From an uncultured Candidatus Binatia bacterium (GTDB lineage Bacteria > Desulfobacterota > Binatia > Bin18), in contig OZ241744.1 of the NCBI GenBank assembly GCA_965200965.1, positions 2,912,001 to 2,976,000 of the forward strand: 64,000 bases of DNA, read 5' to 3'. Shown one piece after another: positions 10,269 through 20,286 of the stretch. Made by a program: the position numbers and the translations under genes. Each line of letters opens with the position of its first letter. Positions within the stretch are counted from its first letter, which is position 1. The notes under the pieces are model-generated. The model was not told where the DNA came from, searched no databases, and saw nothing but the letters and a program-made list of their open reading frames with translations.

Positions 10269-12059
10269 ATGCCGCGGCTCCGCTCTCCATTTGCCGACCC
10301 CAAGCGCTGGCTGGGCTTTGTCATGTCCTGGACGCTGAGCTGTGCCCTGCTGCTCGCCCTGCCCTCTCCCGGCCCGCACGCTGTCGGCCAGTGGTATTCG
10401 GTCCTGCCGCCCGTGCTGGCCATTCTGCTGGCGATGTTTTTCCAACACCTGTTTGTCTCGCTTGGCGCAGCCGTCCTGTTGGGGGCTTTTCTGGCCTATG
10501 GCCCGCTGCCCTGGGTTGCCCTGCCCCGGGGCTTTGACACGTTTATCTGGGCCAACCTGAGCAGCGGGTTTCATCTTTCCATCCTGGCTTTTACCCTGAC
10601 CCTGGTCGGCATGGTGCAGGTCATGAGCCGCAGCGGGGCAGCTCATGCCCTGGTCGGCGCGCTCTTTGGGGCGGCCAAGAGCGGTCGGACGACCCGGCTC
10701 GGCATTGCCCTGGCGGGAGTCTTCTTTTTCTTTGACGACTATGCCAACTCGATGGTGCTCGGAACAACCCTGCGGCCGGTTGCCGACCGCTGGCGGATCT
10801 CCCGTGAGAAGCTGGCCTATCTGGTTGATTCGACCAGTGCGCCGGTGGCCGGGCTGGCGTTGATCTCGACCTGGATTGCCTACGAGGTCGGGCTGCTTGG
10901 CGAGATCGCCGCCGACCTGAAGCTGGGCCTGGACGGCTATGCGTTTTTCCTGCTGGCGCTGCCGCTGCGTTTCTACTGTCTGACAACCCTGCTGTTTGTG
11001 GTGTGCAACGCGGTCTTGGGCCGCGACTTTGGCGCAATGTATCGGGCCGAGGCGCGGGCTGTTCGGGACGGCACAGTGCTGCGCGACGGTGCCCGACTGC
11101 TCACGAGCCGGGCGCTTGAGGATGTCCGCCCGCCCGCGGACAGGCTGCCACCGTGGTCCCACGCGGTGTTGCCCGTGGTCGCCCTGATTGTGACCGCGGT
11201 GGGCGGGATGCTGTGGTCTGGAGCAGGGGCGATTCGGGCGGCCGGGGTCTCGTTTTCGGTCTTTGAGCCCGCGGTGTGGCGGCTCGCCTTTGGGGCGGTC
11301 GGCGGCTCGGCCGTGGGCTCAGGCCAAGTCCTTTTCCTGGCCAGCCTGGTCGGAACGAGCCTGGCCCTCGCCCTTGCCGTGTCGCAGCGTTTCCTGAGCC
11401 TGTCCGAGGGGATTGCGGCCTGGACACGCGGCATCGCGCTGGTCTGGCCGGCGGTGGTTATCCTTGTCCTGGCCTGGGCAATGAAAACCGTCTGCGCCGA
11501 CGTGCTGCACACCGACCTGTTTCTGGCGTCCACGCTGAGCGGGCACATCTCGCCGCTGGCCGTGCCGCTGGCCACCTTTGGCTTGGCCGCGGGCATTGCC
11601 TTTGCCACCGGCACAAGCTGGGGGACGATGGGGATTGTCCTGCCGCTGGCCGTGCCGCTGGCCCACAGCCTGGCCGATGGGCAGGCCGCAATGGTGTGGC
11701 TGACCGCTGCGGCGGTGCTTGACGGGGCGATCTTTGGCGATCATTGCTCGCCAATCAGCGATACCACGATTTTGTCAGCAACGGCGTCAAGCTGCGATCC
11801 GCTGGACCATGTCTGGACCCAGATTCCGTACGCGCTGAACTGCGCCCTGCTGGCCGGCCTGGCCGGCTATTGTGGAGTGGCCTGGGGCCTGCCGGTCTGG
11901 GCGGCCTATGTCCTGCTGCTGATCGGCACCCTGGCCGTCCTGCTCGGGCTCGGCCGGCCCTCGCCCGAGCCGCCGACCGTCTCAGTCGTCGCTCAGGGCC
12001 ATGAAGAGCCGCAGGATGTACCAGAACAACAACGCCACCCCGGCAAACAGAGCCAGTGA
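10269..12059 (+). CDS. Na+/H+ antiporter NhaC family protein
   Basis: FFDDYAN, SREKLAYLVDSTSAP, FATGTSWGTMGI, GAIFGDHCSPISDTTILS. Confidence 0.92.
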   Translation: MPRLRSPFADPKRWLGFVMSWTLSCALLLALPSPGPHAVGQWYSVLPPVLAILLAMFFQHLFVSLGAAVLLGAFLAYGPLPWVALPRGFDTFIWANLSSGFHLSILAFTLTLVGMVQVMSRSGAAHALVGALFGAAKSGRTTRLGIALAGVFFFFDDYANSMVLGTTLRPVADRWRISREKLAYLVDSTSAPVAGLALISTWIAYEVGLLGEIAADLKLGLDGYAFFLLALPLRFYCLTTLLFVVCNAVLGRDFGAMYRAEARAVRDGTVLRDGARLLTSRALEDVRPPADRLPPWSHAVLPVVALIVTAVGGMLWSGAGAIRAAGVSFSVFEPAVWRLAFGAVGGSAVGSGQVLFLASLVGTSLALALAVSQRFLSLSEGIAAWTRGIALVWPAVVILVLAWAMKTVCADVLHTDLFLASTLSGHISPLAVPLATFGLAAGIAFATGTSWGTMGIVLPLAVPLAHSLADGQAAMVWLTAAAVLDGAIFGDHCSPISDTTILSATASSCDPLDHVWTQIPYALNCALLAGLAGYCGVAWGLPVWAAYVLLLIGTLAVLLGLGRPSPEPPTVSVVAQGHEEPQDVPEQQRHPGKQSQ

Positions 12060-12686
12060 GGCGGCCACATGTTGATCCGGTCGGTAGTGGTGGATGATGT
12101 TCGAGGTGGTGTACAGAATTGAGCCGGCGGCGTAGGCAACCATGATGGTCGAGAACAACAGGCCGAGGCTGAAGCCGAACAGGAGGCTGACCACAATGAC
12201 GCCCAGGGCAAGAAACCCCCCGATGGCTAAAATCCCCCGCAGGAAGGAAAAATCCTTGCGGGTGGTAAAGGCGATACAGGTCAGCCCGCCAAACAGCACG
12301 AGCGTCATCAGGCCGGCCTTGGACAGCACATCGGGCGAGCTGAAATGAACCGCCATATACAGCATGGGCAGAAAGATCACCGCTTCGGCAACCACAAACA
12401 GCCCCAGGCCGACATATTGCAGCCGCGGCGAGGTGTCCGACCGGGCCCAACTGTCGGCCAGCCATGACACGCCCATAAAAGCCGCCAGAACGACCAACCA
12501 GCCATAGCCGCCGACCATCATGCTCACCAGGGCCGGCGTTCCAGACCACGACAACAGGATGTTCTCAACAGCCAGAAAGCCCAGAATGGCAAACGCCAAG
12601 TGGGTGTAGGTGCGGCGAATGAATGCCGAGCGGACCGTGTCCGCGGCGTAGGCCGCGGGGCGGGAGTATGCGTGTACAGTGCTCAT
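11982..12686 (-). CDS. Bax inhibitor-1/YccA family membrane protein
   Basis: FIRRTYTHL, TRKDFSFL, ILYTTSNII, ASLALF..V.LLFWYILR; about 7 TM segments. Confidence 0.9.
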   Translation of the reverse strand: MSTVHAYSRPAAYAADTVRSAFIRRTYTHLAFAILGFLAVENILLSWSGTPALVSMMVGGYGWLVVLAAFMGVSWLADSWARSDTSPRLQYVGLGLFVVAEAVIFLPMLYMAVHFSSPDVLSKAGLMTLVLFGGLTCIAFTTRKDFSFLRGILAIGGFLALGVIVVSLLFGFSLGLLFSTIMVAYAAGSILYTTSNIIHHYRPDQHVAASLALFAGVALLFWYILRLFMALSDD

Positions 12687-12690
12687 TGGC

Positions 12691-13629
12691 CTAGACCTCC
12701 TGTTTCTGTGCAAACGCTGCCTTGAGTGCGCTGCCGGCCTCGTCAATCGCTTTGCGGCAGGCGTCAAAGGCAAAGAAACTGAAAAAGCCGTGGATCATGC
12801 CGTCATACCGGGAGGTAGTGACCTGGCAGCCGGCCTGCCTCAGCTTGTCGGCATAGGCCTCACCCTCGTCCCGCAGCGGATCAAACTCGGCCGTAATCAC
12901 CAGTGCGGGCGGCGGGCTGTTGACGTATTTGGCCTGGAGCGGAGACGCATACGGGTTCTTGCCGTCGGCTTCGCTGGCCAGATAATGGCCCCAGAACCAC
13001 TGCATGGCATCGACCGTCAGCAGATAATCCTTGGCGTTCTGCTTGCACGATTCGGTATCAAACGCGTGGTTGGTCACCGGGTAGATCAGGAGTTGGAAGG
13101 CCAGAGACGGTGCTCCGCGGTCGCCGGCCATGAGCGCCACGGCCGCGGCCAGATTCCCCCCGGCGCTATCCCCCCCAACGGCCACCCGGATGGGATCGCC
13201 CTGGTAGGTGGCGATATTGAGCATCGTCCACTTGGTGGCCTCATAGCAGTCGTCCGCGGCCGCGGGAAATTTATGTTCCGGGGCGAGGCGGTAGTCAACC
13301 GACACGGTGACGCAGTTGGCTGCGTTACTCAGCGCGCGGCAGGTCGGATCGTGCGTCTCCAGGTCGCCGATGACCCAGCCGCCGCCGTGAAAGAACACCA
13401 GGACCGGGAAGGGGCCGCGTCCCTCGGGTACATAGATCCGAATTGGCACGGGTCCGTTGACGGTGGGGATGGTCCGGTCTTCAACCCTGGAGACCGATTC
13501 GGGATGTTCCGCCGCAAACAGACCTTTGATGGCCTGCCGCGCTTCGGCAACCGGCAGTTCGTTCAGGCCCGGGGCACCCGCGGCTGCTAATTGATCGAGC
13601 AATGCTTTGGCTTGTGGGTCTAAGGGCAT
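12691..13629 (-). CDS. Alpha/beta hydrolase (HSL-family esterase)
   Basis: HGGGW, YRLAPEHKFP, GDSAGG, DPLRDEG, HGF. Confidence 0.93.
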   Translation of the reverse strand: MPLDPQAKALLDQLAAAGAPGLNELPVAEARQAIKGLFAAEHPESVSRVEDRTIPTVNGPVPIRIYVPEGRGPFPVLVFFHGGGWVIGDLETHDPTCRALSNAANCVTVSVDYRLAPEHKFPAAADDCYEATKWTMLNIATYQGDPIRVAVGGDSAGGNLAAAVALMAGDRGAPSLAFQLLIYPVTNHAFDTESCKQNAKDYLLTVDAMQWFWGHYLASEADGKNPYASPLQAKYVNSPPPALVITAEFDPLRDEGEAYADKLRQAGCQVTTSRYDGMIHGFFSFFAFDACRKAIDEAGSALKAAFAQKQEV

Positions 13630-13768
13630 GCTGTTCCTCCTTGTGCAAGCTTGTGCAAGATACCTCACCATTTTCTAGCCTGCCCATGCCCCCGGAGGCA
13701 AGTAGGGGCCAGGCAGTCGGTTGTGCACAGCCTTGCCCAAGCCGGGCTGAGGACATACAACAGACCGC

Positions 13769-15466
13769 ATGGAAGCCCTTGACCCCATCGCTTTGGAGAT
13801 TGTGTGGAACCGCCTGATCTCGATTGTCAACGAACAGGCGACAGCCCTCCAGAACGCCTCGTTTACTACCGTGGTCCGCGAGGCCGGCGACCTGTCGGCC
13901 GGGGTGTTTGACATCCAGGGCAATATGATCGCCCAGGCCGTCACCGGCACGCCGGGCCATATCAACACGATGGCGCTGGCCGTGCGCCACTTTTTGGCCG
14001 CCTACCCGTGGCCGCAGCTCGAAGACGGCGACAGCCTGATCAGCAACGATCCATGGCTGACCTCCGGCCACCTCAACGACTTTACGGTTGTCACCCCGAT
14101 CTTTCGCGCCGGCCAGCCGGTCGGCCTGTTTGCCAACACCTGTCACGCGGTTGATGTGGGCGGGCGGATGCTGGGCGCAGACGCCCGTCAGGTGTTTGAA
14201 GAGGGCATCTATGTCCCGATCATGAAGCTCTTCCGCGCCGGCCGGCCCAACGACGATCTGTTCCGGCTGGTCAAACAGAATGTCCGTGCGCCCGAGCTGG
14301 TTGAGGGCGACCTGATGGCCCAGGTCGGCAGCAACGAGGTGGGCGGGGCCAAACTGCTGGAGTTCATGGACGAGGCAGACCTGCCCGGGCTCGATCAGCT
14401 CTCGGACGCCATCCTGAGGACCTCGGAAAAGGCGATGCGGGAGGCGATTGCCGAGCTGCCGCGGGGGACATACCAGCACGAAATCCGGATGGACGGCTTT
14501 GACGAGCCGATCGTGGTCAACATTGCGGTGCGGGTCGAAGGCTCGGACCTGTATGTCGATTTTACCGGCACCTCGGCCCAGTGTGAGCGGGGGATCAATG
14601 TCCCGTTTGCCTATTGTGTGGCCTATACGACCTATCCCCTCACCTGCGCTGTCTCGCCCGGTGTGCCCAATAATGCGGGCAGCTTTCGACCGATTCATAT
14701 CAGCGCCCCGCGGGGCTGCATCCTGAACTGCGCGTTTCCGGCACCGGTTGGCGGGCGGCACATTATCGGCCACTTTCTGTCTACCGCGGTGTTTGGCGCG
14801 CTGTCACAGGCGGTGCCCGATCGCGTTCTGGCCGACGGCGCGGCCAATATCTGGATCACCCAGTTTACCGGCACGGGCGCGGACGGCGAAAACTTTACCT
14901 CTGTCTTCTTCTCTTCAGGTGGAATGGGCGCGCGGCCAGACAAGGACGGCATCTCGGCCACGGCCTTTCCCAGCGGCATCCAGGGCGTGCCGGCCGAGAT
15001 CATTGAAAATGTCTCGCCGCTGCTCATGGAGCAACGCGCCCTTATTCCCGACTCCGGCGGACCGGGCAGATATCGGGGGGGATTGGGCCAGGAGATGGTC
15101 TTATCGGTCAGAACGTCCGAGCCGGTCATCCACTCGGCCATGTATGACCGGACCAAATTTCCGGCGCTGGGCTATCAGGGCGGGAAGAACGGCGGGCTGG
15201 GCGATTTTCTCTTATCGGACGGCAGTCGCCCCCACCCCAAGGCCCAGTACCGATTGCGGCCCGACCAGAAAGTCATCTTGCGGCTGCCGGGCGGGGGTGG
15301 CTTTTACTCGCCTCTCGAACGCGCGCCCGAATTGGTCCGGCAAGACGTGGTGGACGGCTATGTATCCGTTGCCGCGGCCCGGGCCGAGTACGGCCTTGTT
15401 TTGGACGCCGAGGGCGAGATCGACTGGCCACAAACCCGAGGCTTGCGGACGGAGATGAACGCTTAG
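13769..15466 (+). CDS. Hydantoinase B / 5-oxoprolinase family protein
   Basis: LDPIALEIVWNRL, NDPWLTSGHLND, H..DVGG, EEG, DSGGPGRYRGG, PGGGG. Confidence 0.92.
   Translation: MEALDPIALEIVWNRLISIVNEQATALQNASFTTVVREAGDLSAGVFDIQGNMIAQAVTGTPGHINTMALAVRHFLAAYPWPQLEDGDSLISNDPWLTSGHLNDFTVVTPIFRAGQPVGLFANTCHAVDVGGRMLGADARQVFEEGIYVPIMKLFRAGRPNDDLFRLVKQNVRAPELVEGDLMAQVGSNEVGGAKLLEFMDEADLPGLDQLSDAILRTSEKAMREAIAELPRGTYQHEIRMDGFDEPIVVNIAVRVEGSDLYVDFTGTSAQCERGINVPFAYCVAYTTYPLTCAVSPGVPNNAGSFRPIHISAPRGCILNCAFPAPVGGRHIIGHFLSTAVFGALSQAVPDRVLADGAANIWITQFTGTGADGENFTSVFFSSGGMGARPDKDGISATAFPSGIQGVPAEIIENVSPLLMEQRALIPDSGGPGRYRGGLGQEMVLSVRTSEPVIHSAMYDRTKFPALGYQGGKNGGLGDFLLSDGSRPHPKAQYRLRPDQKVILRLPGGGGFYSPLERAPELVRQDVVDGYVSVAAARAEYGLVLDAEGEIDWPQTRGLRTEMNA
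15356..15396 (+). repeat. Direct repeat, copy 1 (3' part of hydantoinase B gene)
   Basis: 34/41 identical to 19881-19921 by manual alignment. Confidence 0.7.
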
Positions 15467-15567
15467 CTGGGAGAGCGTTCGCGGACTTGCCCGCACTATC
15501 GTTTCGCTGTTCTGCGTGCTAGTGTTGAGTGTGGTTCCCGAAACGCGAACACCGAGAATTGGCTGAC

Positions 15568-16653
15568 ATGATGCAGGCACAACGGTCCGGCAAAGACAGG
15601 ACACGACAGAGCCAGTACTGGATGCGCGCCATCTCGTTTGCTGGACTCCATCGTATCGTGAAAGCCGTTGCTGCCTTTCCGAACGGCCTGAGGGCCGCTG
15701 AAATGAACCAGTTGGTGCAAGAGAATAAGCTCGTGCTTACCCGGCGTCGTTCTGCCCCGGCCCCGACGACCCTGTACCACTATCGACGTACTTTGCTTTG
15801 CCTGCGTGCACTCACACGAGATGGGCGGAGGCTGCGTATCAATGCAGCTGACCCTGATGTTCGCAAGTTGCTCTGTCACCCAGTCCCGGCTAGCGGAGAT
15901 CGCACGCTCACTGATTCCGCAAAAGACCATTTCGCCGCGTTGGTCTTAAAGAATGCACCATGCAGGACACTGTTTTTTGATCTGTTCATGCCCGTGGGTG
16001 TCACCGCAGATTCCGTTGTGCGTTTTCGTCACAACGGTTGTCCTGTCACATGGACCCGCCATACCTCCTGTCGTGCCAGGGAGGTGGTTTTTCACAATGA
16101 CACAACAGGCCGTACAGCACGGTGTACTTCACCCGTAAGCGTAGCTGCTCTCCTCTACGGGGTGCGCTACTGGGCGCGTGATGAGTTGGGACTCATAGAC
16201 GAATATTGTCCAAAGGGCGGTGATGGCGTGGTCATGTTTCCTATATTACGCCCCCGATCTTACGCTACGCGAAACGGCCGCTCTGTCCCGCAAATTGCGT
16301 ACCGCCTCCTCTCGATGCGGAACTCAGAGGAATGGACGGTCTTCTCCATTCTTGATCTCATTACTCGGTGCTGCGAAGCGCACCGGCAACCGATCAGCGC
16401 GCTTTTTGACGCGATCGATTGGCTGCTTCGAGAATGGCCGCATCACGTCGTCCTGATCCCGACCTCTCGTGCTCTTGCAACGCTCACGGCGACCTCTGCG
16501 CAAAGGGAGACGCTGGAGTTGCGACAGTACTACCAAGTCTCAAACGGCCCTTACATCTCCCACTTCCGCATACACAAAGACATCGTGTTGAAAACCACGG
16601 AGTTCACAGACCATCATGTCCAACATCCTTCAAAAATTCAGGCTGCATTCTAA
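15568..16653 (+). CDS. Hypothetical protein, first gene of accessory operon
   Basis: Long ORF, lower GC, overlaps the ATPase start; no family recognised. Confidence 0.7.
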   Translation: MMQAQRSGKDRTRQSQYWMRAISFAGLHRIVKAVAAFPNGLRAAEMNQLVQENKLVLTRRRSAPAPTTLYHYRRTLLCLRALTRDGRRLRINAADPDVRKLLCHPVPASGDRTLTDSAKDHFAALVLKNAPCRTLFFDLFMPVGVTADSVVRFRHNGCPVTWTRHTSCRAREVVFHNDTTGRTARCTSPVSVAALLYGVRYWARDELGLIDEYCPKGGDGVVMFPILRPRSYATRNGRSVPQIAYRLLSMRNSEEWTVFSILDLITRCCEAHRQPISALFDAIDWLLREWPHHVVLIPTSRALATLTATSAQRETLELRQYYQVSNGPYISHFRIHKDIVLKTTEFTDHHVQHPSKIQAAF

Positions 16654-17803
16654 TCCTTTCGAGCCTGCCGCGACGGGTATGCCTCTTTCGGGGGCTCTAC
16701 CTCCGCCGGAGACATGGAAGACGGATGTGCAACATCTCCTTGATATTCATCAGACTGGAGAGGGGGTGAAGGCCATTGTCATTAATGGCGCCTATGGGAG
16801 TGGAAAGACTTGCCTGCTGCAATGGCTCCATAGGGACATCCTGCCAAAACGTCAGATCAGGTCGTTCTACTTCGACAATCCAGGGGTACAATTCTATGAC
16901 CTCGCTAACATGTTATTACGCACTATTGGGCGAAAAGATTTTGCTAAATTTATTTGGGAGTTGGCAGGCTCGTATGTGACTGTCCCATATCCGAGGTCTC
17001 TTTTCCAAGAGGGTTTCGAGGAGTATTTGTCCGACGCGTTTCGTCCACATCGGACTCAACCGGACATGACAAAGCCCCTCCAGGATGCTATCCTGAATGC
17101 GCAAGTCACGACCGACGAAGAGATCGCACACTGTCTCGCTCGGATCGTCACCGAGACTATAAAGCAACCGTATTTTGAATACCGGGACTTCGTCCCTCGC
17201 TCAAGAGGCAGTGTGGTCCCTGAAGGAGAGGAAGCCCCCTACTTTGGAGCGATATTGAAAACAATTTTACAAGGGACAAGTGCCAAGGCCATTGCGTTTC
17301 TGATAGACGAATTCGAGGAAATAGGCCTGCAGAAACGGCTCAGCAAGCGAGCGGCGCACGGTTACTTGGCCACGCTGAAACGTCTTATCAACCTTGCTGA
17401 AAACGCGCCGTTCAACTTCTGGATTGTGCTCTCAATGACACCCGATGCTTACCAGACTACCGAAAACCTTGAACCCTCTCTTGTGGCGCGTATTGCGGAC
17501 CGTAAATTCGATCTCAAACCCCTGACGCCCAAGGATGCGCTCGCTCTGATGAAATCCCGGATAGACGCTACTCGCTCAGGAGAGACAGATGAGTCAATGG
17601 GTGCCCTTTTCCCGTTTCCTGACAATATCCTCTTTCATCCCAGCACCTACTCGAATCCCAGGCGGCTTATAAAAGTGTGTTTCCGGGCGCTTGGGCAGGC
17701 AGACGCTGAGGTGCAACTCCCATTTACGGAGGACTATCTTCACGCAATCGAAAAAGAGCTTTATCCCAGCTTGGCTCCAACAGAAACGCAAAACCATGAA
17801 TGA
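16616..17803 (+). CDS. P-loop ATPase (DUF2791/BREX-ATPase-like or STAND-like)
   Basis: NPF start motif, Walker A GAYGSGKT, Walker B AFLIDEFEE, R in SLVARI, FPF and SNPRR C-terminal motifs. Confidence 0.8.
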   Translation: MSNILQKFRLHSNPFEPAATGMPLSGALPPPETWKTDVQHLLDIHQTGEGVKAIVINGAYGSGKTCLLQWLHRDILPKRQIRSFYFDNPGVQFYDLANMLLRTIGRKDFAKFIWELAGSYVTVPYPRSLFQEGFEEYLSDAFRPHRTQPDMTKPLQDAILNAQVTTDEEIAHCLARIVTETIKQPYFEYRDFVPRSRGSVVPEGEEAPYFGAILKTILQGTSAKAIAFLIDEFEEIGLQKRLSKRAAHGYLATLKRLINLAENAPFNFWIVLSMTPDAYQTTENLEPSLVARIADRKFDLKPLTPKDALALMKSRIDATRSGETDESMGALFPFPDNILFHPSTYSNPRRLIKVCFRALGQADAEVQLPFTEDYLHAIEKELYPSLAPTETQNHE

Positions 17804-18578
17804 TCGACAGGATTTTTGGAAGGTCGTATTCCTGGACACAAATACCCTCCATTACATCGGAATCTACCTGGAATATGCGCAGGAGAAATCCCTATATCCT
17901 TATTCTCAGGACATCAAAGAGAAGGCGATAGCGAACATCAACGAACAAGCGAAAGCCGATGTCAAGCCAAGCCTTAAGCGGGGGCTGGAAACTGTCGACT
18001 ATTTCCGTTCGTCTGGTGTACAGGTCCAATACTCGCCCATCTCTGAGCTTGAGTTACTCACAGGGAAAGCGAGAGGAAGAGCCCTCTTGAGGGCAGCAAG
18101 AGAAGGGGTGCCGGACCGGATGTACTCGCGCTTTCTTGAAAAAGAAATCAGCGCCCGAGTGGGCGTCGACGACTTGAAGGAGGTCAAGGAGAAGGTGGAC
18201 GGGTTAACTTCACTGCTGGAAAAATTGGATGTTGTTGTCAAGATGAGCCGCGGTGACGAAACGCGCGATGTGCTGGAGTTGGCAAAGGGTATCAATGGGC
18301 TGATTTATATGCAAGCTATGGACAGTATTATTTATGCGAGTACGCTCGTTGCCAAAGCGGATTACCTGTTTACCAGTGATAAATATCTCAGAAATACTAT
18401 AAACAGAATACAGGGTCTACGCAGTTCGGGTGACACTACCCGCGATCGGGAAATCAGAAGACAATTACGCCAACTCGTCAGCAACATCATACCTGGACCT
18501 GGAACTGCCGATAAAGTGGAATTGCCAAGTGCCCATACGATTACAGCTGGCGGTACAGCTAAACCGGAGATACCGTAA
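17796..18578 (+). CDS. PIN-domain protein (putative RNase)
   Basis: VVFLDTNTL, SELEL, MDSIIYAS, LFTSD acidic tetrad; 8-bp overlap with the ATPase. Confidence 0.75.
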   Translation: MNDRQDFWKVVFLDTNTLHYIGIYLEYAQEKSLYPYSQDIKEKAIANINEQAKADVKPSLKRGLETVDYFRSSGVQVQYSPISELELLTGKARGRALLRAAREGVPDRMYSRFLEKEISARVGVDDLKEVKEKVDGLTSLLEKLDVVVKMSRGDETRDVLELAKGINGLIYMQAMDSIIYASTLVAKADYLFTSDKYLRNTINRIQGLRSSGDTTRDREIRRQLRQLVSNIIPGPGTADKVELPSAHTITAGGTAKPEIP

Positions 18579-18591
18579 ACCGGAGATACCG
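18560..18591 (+). repeat. 16-bp tandem duplication TAAACCGGAGATACCG x2
   Basis: Perfect adjacent copies at 18560-18575 and 18576-18591. Confidence 0.9.
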
Positions 18592-18615
18592 GGTTCACGA
18601 ACATGATCGCACGTC

Positions 18616-19830
18616 ATGAAGTGGCACGTTACCGAACGGGCTGAGTGGAAACATTGGATGACACCAAGAGCCGCGAGGGAGAAGGCGGTCCACCGCTGGT
18701 ATCTTTTTCCTCACAGCTTTACGGGCGAACTCGTCTACTCTTTAGTTGATGAATGGAGATTGACCGAACACGATACGATCCTTGACCCCTTTACGGGCGC
18801 GGGGACCACACTCTTGGCCGCGAAGGAAAAGAGCCTTTCGGGGACAGGTTACGATCTTTCCCCCCTCGCCGTTCTTGCCTCGAACACCAAGACAGCTACT
18901 TTTGTACCGGAGAACTTGGAGAAGCTAGGGCAGACGCTCCAACACGCCTCACAGTCGAGAAGCGCGTTGCCTATGAAGCGAACCTACCCAGAACTGGTAC
19001 GAAAAGCGCTGCCTGAGGGACGGCTTGAAGCGTTCGATACGATTGCTACGCGTATAGACACCCTTGACGGTTCTTCGTCGGAGCGAGACTTCTTTCGGCT
19101 GGCGTTGATTTCCATCATCCCGCATTTCAGTCATGCGGTTGCAAACGGGGGCTGGTTGAGGTGGTTGCGCCAGGGCGCTGGCACCGAAAACGTGTGGAAC
19201 TCTTTCAAGGATCGAGTCGAGATGATGTTATCGGACGTTCGTGACTCGGAACCCCAAGGCGCTGGCAATTGGGAGGCCCGGGTCGCGGATGCCCGCACCA
19301 TCCCAGCGCCCGACGCATCGTATTCAGCCGTGATTACTTCGCCGCCATACCCGAATCGTCACGACTATACGCGAATCTTCGGTATAGAATTGATGTTTGC
19401 GTTTCATGGCTGGGAGGCAAATCGAGCCCTGAGATACCAGAGTTTCCATTCCCATCCAGAAGCTCGCCCGAAACGACCTCCGGCGAAAGGGTACGAAGCA
19501 CCGAAATCGCTGGAAAGAAATATTTGCCATGTGAGAGACCAGCGTATGCAACAGATGCTACGGGGGTACTTTTTTGATATGTATCTCTGTCTGTGTGAAG
19601 TTGAACGTGTGTGTCGTGCAGGCGGAAAGGCTGCGTTCGTGGTTGGAAACGCCCGCTACGATGGCAGCGTCATTCCTGTTGACGAGTACAGCGCGGAAAT
19701 CGGCGAGCGGGCAGGGCTCATATGCAAGGAAATACGAGTGGTACGTTGGCGCGGAAACAGTGCCCAGCAGATGGGGAAATACGGGCGCGTGGCATCCCGA
19801 GAGAGCGTTGTGCTCTTTGAGAAACGATGA
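18616..19830 (+). CDS. DNA amino-methyltransferase (probably N4-cytosine, alpha motif order)
   Basis: HRWY.FPHSF, ILDPFTGAGTT (motif I) before VITSPPYPNRHDY (motif IV), VVGN, RESV. Confidence 0.88.
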   Translation: MKWHVTERAEWKHWMTPRAAREKAVHRWYLFPHSFTGELVYSLVDEWRLTEHDTILDPFTGAGTTLLAAKEKSLSGTGYDLSPLAVLASNTKTATFVPENLEKLGQTLQHASQSRSALPMKRTYPELVRKALPEGRLEAFDTIATRIDTLDGSSSERDFFRLALISIIPHFSHAVANGGWLRWLRQGAGTENVWNSFKDRVEMMLSDVRDSEPQGAGNWEARVADARTIPAPDASYSAVITSPPYPNRHDYTRIFGIELMFAFHGWEANRALRYQSFHSHPEARPKRPPAKGYEAPKSLERNICHVRDQRMQQMLRGYFFDMYLCLCEVERVCRAGGKAAFVVGNARYDGSVIPVDEYSAEIGERAGLICKEIRVVRWRGNSAQQMGKYGRVASRESVVLFEKR

Positions 19831-19880
19831 CAATCAAGTTATGGTTGGAACGGTAGATTAGTCTGTCTCTGAGAAATGCA

Positions 19881-19921
19881 GGCTATCTGTCCGCTGCCGC
19901 AGCTTGGCCCGAGTACGGCCT
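19881..19921 (+). repeat. Direct repeat, copy 2: degenerate hydantoinase B 3' fragment
   Basis: Encodes GYLSAAAAWPEYGL versus GYVSVAAARAEYGL in the intact gene. Confidence 0.7.
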
Positions 19922-20286
19922 CGTGCGGATGCCTGGAATGAGAGAGAAAAAGAAGGCTGGGGGGCCACAAGAGAACCCGGCCTGGAGAACCTACTGGAAA
20001 CAGGGAGCCATGCGCCTAGTCACCTGCCTTAAGCACCCTGGTAAGACAAACGAATAAGGTGGGCGAAATATCGGGAATCAGTTCTGACCCAACTTGGGCT
20101 ACACCGGCTGAGGCAAACAGGCAGACTCCAAGCACGACAAGGCTGGTGCAACACGGCATAAGCGCTATTCTCTCTCCGATGTCCCGACGGGTCAATCTCG
20201 TTTTTGATGCGCCAGGGGCTGGGCCGGACACGCGTCCTTGACCTTCTTCCCCCACCAGGCTACGCCAGAGGAAGAGGGGGGAGGGG

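Noticed and set aside
15568-19830. Calling island 1 BREX or DISARM
   Set aside because: No PglZ, PglX-size methyltransferase, helicase or DUF1998 gene
15467-19921. Prophage, ICE or IS as carrier of the islands
   Set aside because: No integrase, transposase, terminal inverted repeats or tRNA target recognised
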